Shown here piece by piece: positions 20,998-29,509 of a stretch of 64,000 nucleotides of DNA. The notes beneath the pieces were generated by a model. That model had not been told where the DNA came from and did not search any database. It worked only from the letters and a program-made list of their open reading frames with translations. The stretch comes from an uncultured Ignavibacteria bacterium (lineage in GTDB: Bacteria > Bacteroidota > Ignavibacteria > Kapaibacteriales > UBA2268): positions 18,107 through 82,106 of the forward strand of contig CAKZLY010000023.1 of NCBI GenBank assembly GCA_937127445.1, written 5' to 3'. Every line of letters starts with the position of its first letter. Position 1 is the stretch's first letter. A program made the translations under genes and the position numbers.

Positions 20998-21384
20998 ATG
21001 AAAAAACTATATTATTCTATTAGTGAAATATCAAAAATATTAGACGAAGAACAATATATTTTAAGATATTGGGAAAAAGAGTTTGATTTTTTGAAGCCGC
21101 GAAAAAATCGTGCGGGGAATAGAATATACTCAGAAAAAGATTTACAAACGCTCAAATTAATTAAATCCTTCATTCGTGAAGAAAAATTAAGCGTCAAAGA
21201 AGCAAATAATAGGCTGAAAAATCTATTAAAATCAAATGAAATAGAAAAATATATTCCCAACTCAATTGTTGAAGAATCGGGGACTAATTCCACAAATAAA
21301 CAAACGAATAAAATAAACAAAGAGTTAAAGCAAGAATTGCTCTTAGTATTGCGAGATATGCTGAATTATCTTAAAAGTAATTAA
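20998..21384 (+). CDS. MerR-family HTH regulator
   Basis: KLYYSISEIS...ILRYWEKEF...KPRKNRAGNRIY. Confidence 0.9.
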   Translation: MKKLYYSISEISKILDEEQYILRYWEKEFDFLKPRKNRAGNRIYSEKDLQTLKLIKSFIREEKLSVKEANNRLKNLLKSNEIEKYIPNSIVEESGTNSTNKQTNKINKELKQELLLVLRDMLNYLKSN

Positions 21385-22070
21385 GCTTTCGGTATAGCAA
21401 CAGAATTCATACGTCCCATTATCCAAGCTACACGTCGATTTATATATGGCGTTGGTCGAGCTGGCGACCAACGGTGTGGATTTGGCAGAACAGCCGCAAG
21501 AAGTGCAGCCTCTCTTTTTGTTAAATTTCGGGCGTTTTTGCCCCAGAAATGTTGGGAAGCTGCCTCTACCCCATACAGCCCATCGCCGAATTCAATCACA
21601 TTAGCATATACTTCAATAATACGCTTTTTGCCCCAGATATTCTCAATTAAAATTGTAAAATATGCTTCCAAGCCTTTTCTAACGTAATTACGCCAATGAT
21701 ATAAGAATGTGTTCTTTGCAGTTTGCATAGAAATAGTGCTTGCTCCGCGTTTTTTCTTTCCTTTATGAATTTCATTATATCGTTTTGCAGCTTCTATTGC
21801 TTTTCGGTCGAATCCATCATGTCTCATAAATTTAGCATCTTCGGCAGCAACAACCGCTCTGAAAAAATTTGGTGAAATATCCTCGAATGCAGCCCAATCT
21901 TGATTAATACCGACAAATTTTCCCTGAAATACACCTTCAATAGTCCGCATTACCATTGCAGGAGTAATTATAGGATTAATCCATTTTGTTAGTACAACTG
22001 CAATAATAGAAGAAGCAAAAAACAGTGCAATACTGTAAAATAAGTACTTAATGATTTTTTTGAACAACAT
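21381..22070 (-). CDS. mtgA: Monofunctional peptidoglycan transglycosylase
   Basis: AAEDAKFMRHDGFD, RGASTISMQTAKN, RKGLE, YGVEAAS, LPNP. Confidence 0.95.
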   Translation of the reverse strand: MLFKKIIKYLFYSIALFFASSIIAVVLTKWINPIITPAMVMRTIEGVFQGKFVGINQDWAAFEDISPNFFRAVVAAEDAKFMRHDGFDRKAIEAAKRYNEIHKGKKKRGASTISMQTAKNTFLYHWRNYVRKGLEAYFTILIENIWGKKRIIEVYANVIEFGDGLYGVEAASQHFWGKNARNLTKREAALLAAVLPNPHRWSPARPTPYINRRVAWIMGRMNSVAIPKA

Positions 22071-22128
22071 TATACTTCCAAATATCTATCCAAACTTACA
22101 AAGATAAGAAATTGGATAGAGAAAAAAC

Positions 22129-23385
22129 TTATGTTTTTTGTTCTTTTTTGCGAGCAGCTGGGAAGAGAATGTTGTTAAGAATTAGTCGGTAACCTGGAGA
22201 ATTACGATGTAAATTCAAATCTGTTGGTGGATCGCCAACAGCGTGCTGATAATCTTCGGGGTCGTGTCCGCCATACCAAGTAAAGAAGCCTTTCCCAATA
22301 TTTCCATAAATATATTTAACTTCATCAGTACCTTCTCTTTTGCCAAGTATGACAACTTTATCTTTAATCAAGCTTTCTCTAAAAGCAGTAGTTTGGCCCA
22401 AAAATCCTTTTATTACATTGACGTGATTTTGCGTAAGCATTGTTGGAACTGGGTCGTATTTTGCAGAAAATTCAAATAGAGTAAAGTAGTCTGCTTCTGG
22501 ATTTTGTATCATAGTGGGACCGGTATCGATATCTGAATGTTCATAAATATATGGATCGAGAATTAGTTTAAAGTTTTCAAAAGCAAAAGTTTGGCTATAA
22601 TCTAATTTTTCGTTTGCTCTGTGGTCGCAAGGGTCACCATCAAACATTACTTCGCAAATATCTACATTAAGAGCAGACAAAGCAATATCGTAAGTATCAG
22701 TTGCAGAACACATCGCAAAGAGAAAACCTCCTTCCTGAACGTATTTTTTGATGGCAAGAGCAACCTCTTTCTTCATTTCAGAGACCTTCCTAAAACCAAG
22801 TTTTTTCGCCATACTTTCATTAATTGAAACTTGCTGTATATACCACGGAGCAGTAGCAAAAGTAGCATAGAATTTGCCATATTGCCCAGTAAAGTCTTCG
22901 TGATGTAGATGTAGCCAATCGTATTCTTTTAGTTTCCCAGCCAATACTTCTTCGTCCCAAACCACATCGTATTTAACTTCTGCATATTCTAATGCAAGTC
23001 TTACAGCATCATCCCAAGGTGCATTTCCTGGTTGAACGTAAACAGCAATTTTAGGAGCTTTTTCGAGACGCACAGCATCCATATTAACCCCTTCGGATCT
23101 GACATAGCTTAATATTTCGTCTGCTTTAGATTGGCTGATTGCTTCGAACGAAATACCTCGAATACGGCACTCTGTTGCAACTCTGTCGTGATAATCCATC
23201 ATAAACGAACCGCCACGGTAATTCAGCAACCATTCAGATTGTATTCCTTGATTGAGTGCCCAATAGACAAGACCATACGCTTTGAGATGATTTGTTTGTG
23301 CTAAATCCATAGGAATAACCATCACTTGCGATTTAAGCGAAATTGTCGAGATAAACAAGATTATGATTAGAAATATTTTTTTCAT
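22129..23385 (-). CDS. Conserved exported protein with a class I amidotransferase-like fold (family often mislabelled 'asparagine synthetase B')
   Basis: Signal peptide MKKIFLIIILFISTISLKS; QTNHLKAYG, WLLNYRGGSF, WLHLHHEDFTGQYGKF, GGFLFAMCSATD, GGHDPEDYQH. Confidence 0.75.
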   Translation of the reverse strand: MKKIFLIIILFISTISLKSQVMVIPMDLAQTNHLKAYGLVYWALNQGIQSEWLLNYRGGSFMMDYHDRVATECRIRGISFEAISQSKADEILSYVRSEGVNMDAVRLEKAPKIAVYVQPGNAPWDDAVRLALEYAEVKYDVVWDEEVLAGKLKEYDWLHLHHEDFTGQYGKFYATFATAPWYIQQVSINESMAKKLGFRKVSEMKKEVALAIKKYVQEGGFLFAMCSATDTYDIALSALNVDICEVMFDGDPCDHRANEKLDYSQTFAFENFKLILDPYIYEHSDIDTGPTMIQNPEADYFTLFEFSAKYDPVPTMLTQNHVNVIKGFLGQTTAFRESLIKDKVVILGKREGTDEVKYIYGNIGKGFFTWYGGHDPEDYQHAVGDPPTDLNLHRNSPGYRLILNNILFPAARKKEQKT

Positions 23386-23474
23386 TTTATTTTTCCTTGA
23401 ATTTATTACATATTCAGTTTTTACCAATAAATTAATATATTTGCTGTTTGTTTATCAATCAAAATATTAATTTG

Positions 23475-24077
23475 ATGATTAAAATTTTAAAATTACTGAA
23501 AATCAATCAAAAAATTGTATTAGCATCAAAATCACCACGAAGAATCACTCTTCTTAAAAATTTAGGTTTGGAATTTGATGTAATTCCTTCAAATATTAAC
23601 GAAAATATCAATGAAAAATTACAGCCTGCCGAATATGTTATGAAATTATCACGTTTAAAAGCTGAAAATATTTCGTCAATACTTGAAGGCAATGAAATAG
23701 TTATCGGAGCCGATACAACTGTATATTTAGATGGAAACTATCTGAATAAACCTAAGGATTGCGACGAAGCTTTTGAGATGCTAAAAAAGTTAAGCAGTAA
23801 AACTCATCAAGTTTATACAGGAATAACTTTAATAAACAAACACACAAAAAAAATTATCAGCGAATATTGCAAAACTGATGTAACTTTCAGAGAACTTACA
23901 GATGATGAAATATACGCGTATATTGAAAGTGGTTCTCCGATAGACAAAGCAGGTGCTTATGGCATTCAAGATGATTTTGGGGCAGTATTTGTTCGTCATA
24001 TAAATGGTTGTTATTATAATATTGTTGGGCTTCCGATAGAGTTATTTTATAGAATGCTAAAAGAAGTTTTGCGATGA
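23475..24077 (+). CDS. maf: Maf family nucleotide pyrophosphatase
   Basis: LASKSPRR, GADT, KP, DKAGAYGIQ, NIVGLP. Confidence 0.95.
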   Translation: MIKILKLLKINQKIVLASKSPRRITLLKNLGLEFDVIPSNINENINEKLQPAEYVMKLSRLKAENISSILEGNEIVIGADTTVYLDGNYLNKPKDCDEAFEMLKKLSSKTHQVYTGITLINKHTKKIISEYCKTDVTFRELTDDEIYAYIESGSPIDKAGAYGIQDDFGAVFVRHINGCYYNIVGLPIELFYRMLKEVLR

Positions 24078-24946
24078 AACTATCAAAACACAACGGCTTT
24101 TACTTTTCGTTAGTTATTCCCTGGATAATCATATTGCTGATTTTTTGGATTTATCCCTTTGTATGGTCTATAGTTTTAAGTTTCGGAGATTATAATTCCC
24201 TATTGAACAGTTTCAAATTGACCGGATTAAAAAATTATGAAACAATTTTTCAAGATAAGCTTTTCTGGAAAGCATTGAAAAATACGATTATTTTTACATT
24301 CGGTACAGTTCCTGTTACAACTTCACTTGCAATTTTATTAGCAATGTTCATAAATTCAAGAATGACAAAATGGAAAAACTTTTTTAAGACAACGATTTTT
24401 ATGCCATCTGTAACTTCATTAGTAGTCATTTCACTGATATTTATAAACTTATACTCGAAAAATGGATATATCAACTTGATTTTTAAATCTTTGGGATTAC
24501 CTTTTCCTCACAATGGATGGCTACAAAGTACAGATTTTGCATTATCCGCAATAATGATAATGGATGTATGGATGTCTACGGGTTACTATACAGTGTTATT
24601 TTTGGCTGCATTACAAGCAATTCCAGAAGAGTATTATGATGCTGCTAAGATAATGGGAGCAAATTCCTGGAAAACTTTCTGGAGAATCACATTGCCATCT
24701 ACTCGTTCAATGTTATTATTTATAGTAGTGATAAATACAATTAAATCATTCCAGATTTTTGTAGAAATTTATGTAATGACAAAAGGCGGGCCACTCAATT
24801 CAACAACAACACTTGTTTATTTAATTTATTCTTACGCATTCGAAAAAACTAACTTAATGGGGTATGCTTCAGCTATTGCGATAATATTATTTATTGTCTT
24901 GGCAATTTTATCATTTGTTCAATTTAAACTAATAAAAGAAAAATAG
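24074..24946 (+). CDS. Carbohydrate ABC transporter permease (UgpA/MalF type)
   Basis: Six TMs, LQAIPEEYYDAAKIMGA (EAA loop), MTKGGP, MGYASA. Confidence 0.92.
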   Translation: MKLSKHNGFYFSLVIPWIIILLIFWIYPFVWSIVLSFGDYNSLLNSFKLTGLKNYETIFQDKLFWKALKNTIIFTFGTVPVTTSLAILLAMFINSRMTKWKNFFKTTIFMPSVTSLVVISLIFINLYSKNGYINLIFKSLGLPFPHNGWLQSTDFALSAIMIMDVWMSTGYYTVLFLAALQAIPEEYYDAAKIMGANSWKTFWRITLPSTRSMLLFIVVINTIKSFQIFVEIYVMTKGGPLNSTTTLVYLIYSYAFEKTNLMGYASAIAIILFIVLAILSFVQFKLIKEK

Positions 24947-24974
24947 GCTGCCTTTTTAATTCAAGACAGCCTAT
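24943..24974. terminator. Hairpin between the convergent permease and tlpA-like genes
   Basis: ATAGGCTG-C-CTT...AAG-A-CAGCCTAT. Confidence 0.65.
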
Positions 24975-24999
24975 AAATAATAGAAAATCTAAAAATTCT

Positions 25000-25650
25000 T
25001 TATTGTCTACTCATCATACGTTTAATTGATTGCATAAATTCTGCTTTAGAACGACTACCAACAATAGTTTCAAAAATATTACCATCTTTGTCGATAAGAA
25101 AAGTAGTAGGCACTGCTTGAATACCACCATAAGCACCAGCAATTTTCATTCTAAGAGGACTTGCAGATGGGACAACTACATTCAAATAATTAATTCCGTT
25201 GGCAGCGACGAACTCAGAGACATTTTTGCCAGCTGATTCGAAATCTGGTTGTCTTTCTAATGCAACACCGATAACGACTAATTCATCTTTCAATTCTTTT
25301 TGTATTTCAATTATTTCAGGAATCTCACGTCTGCAAGGAGGACACCAGGTTCCCCAAAAATTTAAAAATATATATTTCCCTTTTGCATAATTTTTGATTG
25401 AAACGTTTTTATCAAGGTTTTTGTAGAAAAAATCCACTAATTTATTTTCAGCACGTTCACCAACTTCCGATAATTCAAAAACTCCAGGTGAAATTATTCC
25501 TTTATTATTTGAATTAGCCTCTTGTTTTATTTGAACATTTTCAGTATTTTTAGGTTGGTTGTCTTTCTTTTGCTGAGTGCAAGCAGACTGAGAAAAAGCA
25601 ATAATAAACGAGAAAGCAAGGATCAAGAAAATTTTTGTGTTGTTTGTCAT
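25000..25650 (-). CDS. TlpA-like thioredoxin lipoprotein
   Basis: Lipobox-like QSAC, NFWGTWCPPCRREIP, VPTTFLIDKDG. Confidence 0.92.
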   Translation of the reverse strand: MTNNTKIFLILAFSFIIAFSQSACTQQKKDNQPKNTENVQIKQEANSNNKGIISPGVFELSEVGERAENKLVDFFYKNLDKNVSIKNYAKGKYIFLNFWGTWCPPCRREIPEIIEIQKELKDELVVIGVALERQPDFESAGKNVSEFVAANGINYLNVVVPSASPLRMKIAGAYGGIQAVPTTFLIDKDGNIFETIVGSRSKAEFMQSIKRMMSRQ

Positions 25651-25788
25651 AAATAAACCCTTTAATTATTAATAATTATTGACGATATTTATTAAGTGAT
25701 TAACGTATTTGTTGTGACTATTATTTTAAAATATTACCAAAAAGGAATATTTTTTTTCGTATTTTAAAATATTAATAATAAACAATAG

Positions 25789-25803
25789 TGGCACAATTAT
25801 TGA
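25789..25803 (+). promoter_or_regulatory. Candidate sigma-54 (-24/-12) promoter
   Basis: TGGCAC-AATTA-TTGA: exact -24 box and spacing, one mismatch to TTGC; 30 nt before the REC-HD gene. Confidence 0.45.
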
Positions 25804-25833
25804 GTAATCTTAAATTAAAACTTTAGAGAAAAA

Positions 25834-27042
25834 ATGGGCAAGAATTTCAACATATATATAATTGATGATGAAAAGCAAATAGTGTTTTCACTATGGAAAA
25901 TTATTAATAAATTATATCCGAATATTGAAGTAAAGCTTTTTACAGACTCACTAAGCGCCTGGGAAGCGTTAATGAAAGAGGAAAATACTTCAATTGTAAT
26001 ATGTGATTTAATAATGCCTGGAATGACTGGTTTGCAACTATTGAGAAAAATCAAAACTACTGAAAATACAAAGAATTTTTATTTTATTGCAATGTCGTCG
26101 AGCATAGAACCAGAAGTTAATATAAAAACTATTCAGCAAGGTGCTGATGATTTTTTAGTAAAGCCATTTTCGGTAGATGTATTTTTAGCTAAGGTGCGTG
26201 CTGCAATTAGAGTGGTTAAAATGATTAATTCAGAAGAGGACTACAAAGAAAAGATGAATGCATATGAGCAAGAGCTTGATAAAGCAGCACAGGCTATGAT
26301 TGAACAAATTAAAAGATTTATTGAAATACGAATGCCGGAATTAGTTAAAAGACTGCCTAGAATTATTGAAGCTTCTGAGTTTATTGGCAAAGAATTGTGT
26401 GAAACAATGCAAGAGGTCGAAAATATTAAGAAAGCGGCAGAATTATGTTTTTGTGGTAGAATAGGCTTAAATGAAAAGATTGTGGGAGCACCTGCAATGG
26501 CAAAAGGTATGGTTACCAAACCAGAGATGCTTGATATTCCCAAAAATTCGCGCGAAATGCTGTCACAAATCAAAGGAACCGAAAATATTGAACCAATTAT
26601 TTATCATATATATGAAAACTTCGATGGAACGGGTTTCCCTGAGGGGAAAAAATCATGGGAAATTCCACTTGGTTCAAGGATTTTGCGTGTGGCATTAGAT
26701 TTTGAAGAACTAATGAAAAAAAATGCTGATAACCCTTCGAAAACAATTGAACAAATGTTTATAGAAGCAAGAAGGTTATATGACCACAGAGTAATCACTT
26801 TCTATGATCAATATCTCGCATCGAGAGAAGTTTCGCGCGTTCTTGGAGTTAGGGGACGCGAATACGTTGTTGCAATTCACGAGCTGGACGAAACAATGAC
26901 AACGGCTCGCCATATTGTAACAGAATCAGGGCTAATACTTGTTGCCCCAAATGTAAATTTGAACGAAGAAAGAATTGAGCGTATAAGAACAATTAATAGA
27001 ACTGACCCAATATTAGGTAAAATTTATATTAGGAATAAGTAA
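25834..27042 (+). CDS. Response regulator with a degenerate HD-GYP domain
   Basis: REC (IIDDE, CDLIMPGMTG, GADDFLVKPF); YENFDGTGFP...EIPLGSRIL; HD motif absent. Confidence 0.85.
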   Translation: MGKNFNIYIIDDEKQIVFSLWKIINKLYPNIEVKLFTDSLSAWEALMKEENTSIVICDLIMPGMTGLQLLRKIKTTENTKNFYFIAMSSSIEPEVNIKTIQQGADDFLVKPFSVDVFLAKVRAAIRVVKMINSEEDYKEKMNAYEQELDKAAQAMIEQIKRFIEIRMPELVKRLPRIIEASEFIGKELCETMQEVENIKKAAELCFCGRIGLNEKIVGAPAMAKGMVTKPEMLDIPKNSREMLSQIKGTENIEPIIYHIYENFDGTGFPEGKKSWEIPLGSRILRVALDFEELMKKNADNPSKTIEQMFIEARRLYDHRVITFYDQYLASREVSRVLGVRGREYVVAIHELDETMTTARHIVTESGLILVAPNVNLNEERIERIRTINRTDPILGKIYIRNK

Positions 27043-27618
27043 CTATTCCCATACATAAACTAATTGAGCATATACTCCACGCTTAGTATGCAATCCAACT
27101 CCAATTCCAATGTTATCAGATAAATAATAATTTGCACCGGCACCAAATGCAATGCCTTGACTATTTTCAACTTTATACCTGTATCTACCTAATACTTGCC
27201 CATTAGTGTTCACTTGCTTTGCTAAAACTGAATCTTGTTGAGTATAGTAACCAATACTACCAAAGAAATTCCAAGGGAACATTTCATAATGAATCGCGCC
27301 GTCGAATGTAACAATTATTCCAGTATGTTTCTCTTCGACAAATCCGTTTGGCAAAGGTTGAGATGGATTTAGATTAACTCCTGTCGGTGGAATACTTGAA
27401 TATTTAGGAATTTTGTTTGCAAAACCAACAACTCCAATCGATAGGCTTGCAATCCAATATCGGAAACCAAATCCCATACTAAGTCCATCAGAACCGCCGC
27501 CAAAATCGAACATAAGTCCTTTAAGCATTAAATTATCGTTTTCCGGAGGTTGAGCATTAGCAATATAATTGTGCGTGAAGAATGAGAAGATTAGAATTAA
27601 AGTAATAATTTTTTTCAT
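27043..27618 (-). CDS. Putative small outer-membrane beta-barrel protein
   Basis: Signal peptide, alternating Gly/aromatic strands, C-terminal YAQLVYVWE. Confidence 0.6.
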   Translation of the reverse strand: MKKIITLILIFSFFTHNYIANAQPPENDNLMLKGLMFDFGGGSDGLSMGFGFRYWIASLSIGVVGFANKIPKYSSIPPTGVNLNPSQPLPNGFVEEKHTGIIVTFDGAIHYEMFPWNFFGSIGYYTQQDSVLAKQVNTNGQVLGRYRYKVENSQGIAFGAGANYYLSDNIGIGVGLHTKRGVYAQLVYVWE

Positions 27619-27734
27619 AGCAATTCTCAATATAGTATGACAACAATTTTAAAGTATTTGAATTAGTAATCTTAATTAAAAATAAAGATTTTTTTGTAAA
27701 TTGAATAATAATTTCAATAATAATTTATTAAAGA

Positions 27735-28628
27735 ATGAGACGATTATCTTTTTTTATTGTAATTTTTGTATTAATAAATGCAATTTCCTGCACCAAAACT
27801 TCTTTTTCATCACAACAAACAAATTTTCTTGAAAATCAAGATACTTTTAAGAATATAATTGCTATTTTGCTTGAAAAAGGGACAGATACAAATTTTATAT
27901 ATCATCTGTTATCGAATGGTAAAACTCAATTCAGTGAAAAATACGTCAAAATAAATGTTACGGGATATTTAAGTAAGACAGATTACTCACACTTTTACAA
28001 TAGTAGTTCGATTAATAGTACAAAAGAATTTATAGTAAAGAATCGCGAAATATTGGAACAAGCAGAAAGGCAATACGCGGTACCTAAGGAAATAATTGCT
28101 TCGATTTTATGGGTTGAAACAAGGTTTGGTAATTTTTTAGGCACGCATCATATTGTCAGCGTGTTTCTCTCGACGGCAATGTGCAATGAACCAGAGTATA
28201 TAAAGCTAAACGAAAAAGAAATAGAACTTAAATTTCCTGATGACAAGAAAAAACAAGATAGTTTAAAAATTGTCCTTAAAGAAAGATCAGAAAAAAAGTC
28301 TCAATGGGCAATTAATGAAATACTTGCATTAGAAACTATGAGAAATCGTTATAAAGTACCGATTGGAGATATTTACGGTTCGTGGGCTGGAGCGTTTGGA
28401 ATTCCGCAGTTTTTGCCATCATCTTACATCAAGTATGCAATTGATGGAAACAATGATGGTGTAGTTGATTTATTTAATTTATCAGATGCTGTTTTCTCTG
28501 TGGCAAACTATTTGAAAAGCTACGGATGGAGCGAAAAGCCAAGCGAACAAAGAAGAGCAATATTTTCATACAATAATAGCACAGCGTATGTAGAAGCAGT
28601 GCTAAAACTTGCTGAATTTGCAAAATAA
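27735..28628 (+). CDS. mltB: Lytic murein transglycosylase, MltB/SLT_2 family lipoprotein
   Basis: Lipobox AISC, ILWVETRFG, GSWAGAFGIPQFLPSSY, DGNNDGVVDL, SVANYL, YN. Confidence 0.9.
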   Translation: MRRLSFFIVIFVLINAISCTKTSFSSQQTNFLENQDTFKNIIAILLEKGTDTNFIYHLLSNGKTQFSEKYVKINVTGYLSKTDYSHFYNSSSINSTKEFIVKNREILEQAERQYAVPKEIIASILWVETRFGNFLGTHHIVSVFLSTAMCNEPEYIKLNEKEIELKFPDDKKKQDSLKIVLKERSEKKSQWAINEILALETMRNRYKVPIGDIYGSWAGAFGIPQFLPSSYIKYAIDGNNDGVVDLFNLSDAVFSVANYLKSYGWSEKPSEQRRAIFSYNNSTAYVEAVLKLAEFAK

Positions 28629-28648
28629 AACCCCCAAAAGGGGGCTTT
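28628..28648. terminator. Probable bidirectional terminator between mltB and the umuD-like gene
   Basis: AAACCCCC-AAAA-GGGGGCTTT. Confidence 0.7.
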
Positions 28649-28700
28649 GTGGCGTTTCCACCAAGTCGAAAACATAATTGGGGGGAATTAAGGTTTTCGA

Positions 28701-29111
28701 CTAAATAGTTTTAATTGTAGAACGAACAACTCCCCAGATTTTGAGATTGTCGTTTTTCCCAACAATTATCGGTAAATAGTTCGGATTTTCAGAAATCAAT
28801 GTTACACAATGCTCCTCAAATTTAATTTTCTTAACCACAAGTTTTGAATTGATTTCTGCGACAACTATATCGCCATTTTTCACTGTTTTATATTTATCAA
28901 CAAGTAAAATATCTCCATTATGAATGGAAGCACCAACCATTGAATCGCCTTTAACGCGAATTAAGAAGCAACTTTCTGGATTATCAACTACGTATGAAGC
29001 AATATTAAAATTACTGTAGGAGAATGTATAAGTATTATTAAAAGAATCATCACCGAATAGTTTAATATTGTATTGCTTTTTCTCTACATCAAATTTTTCG
29101 AAAACCCTCAT
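28701..29111 (-). CDS. UmuD-like S24 peptidase (no HTH, no obvious autocleavage site)
   Basis: RVKGDSM (Ser), GDILLVD, NGDIVVA, VVKK (Lys), SENPNY, IWGVV; GAGGG RBS before ATG 29111. Confidence 0.85.
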   Translation of the reverse strand: MRVFEKFDVEKKQYNIKLFGDDSFNNTYTFSYSNFNIASYVVDNPESCFLIRVKGDSMVGASIHNGDILLVDKYKTVKNGDIVVAEINSKLVVKKIKFEEHCVTLISENPNYLPIIVGKNDNLKIWGVVRSTIKTI

Positions 29112-29241
29112 TGTTCCCTCGTAAATATATATACAATCATACGATATCATTTTTTGTGCCAAATTTTTAAATAACAACGAAAAATATGTTGATATTTAAA
29201 AAATTATTATAAAAAATGAGGGAAAAACGTTTGAAAGATTG

Positions 29242-29314
29242 AGCGAAAGACGAGACTCGAACTCGCGACCCCAACCTTGGCAAGGTTGTGCTCTACCAAC
29301 TGAGCTACTTTCGC
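29242..29314 (-). tRNA. tRNA-Gly (GCC), CCA not encoded
   Basis: GCGAAAGTAGCTCAGTTGGTAGAGCACAACCTTGCCAAGGTTGGGGTCGCGAGTTCGAGTCTCGTCTTTCGCT cloverleaf. Confidence 0.97.
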
Positions 29315-29335
29315 TTCTTGCACAAAGAACTGGCA

Positions 29336-29343
29336 CAAAAATA
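29336..29343 (-). promoter_or_regulatory. TAnnTTTG -7 element for tRNA-Gly
   Basis: TATTTTTG 21 nt upstream of the mature tRNA 5' end. Confidence 0.65.
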
Positions 29344-29509
29344 AGAAGTGTTCAGGAAAATAGCAAAAAATTTGTGTTGTGAATGCATAAATTTCAGTTA
29401 GTAGTATAATTTTTTATTGGCTTCAAAAGCAGCATTATGCAAAAGAAACACAGAAGAATAAACTATTTTTCATATTAATACTTCTTATATAAGAAAAGGA
29501 GTAATTTTT

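Noticed and set aside
29331-29346. TGGCAC as a sigma-54 box on the plus strand
   Set aside because: No -12 TTGC at the right spacing; better explained as the reverse complement of the tRNA-Gly TATTTTTG promoter.
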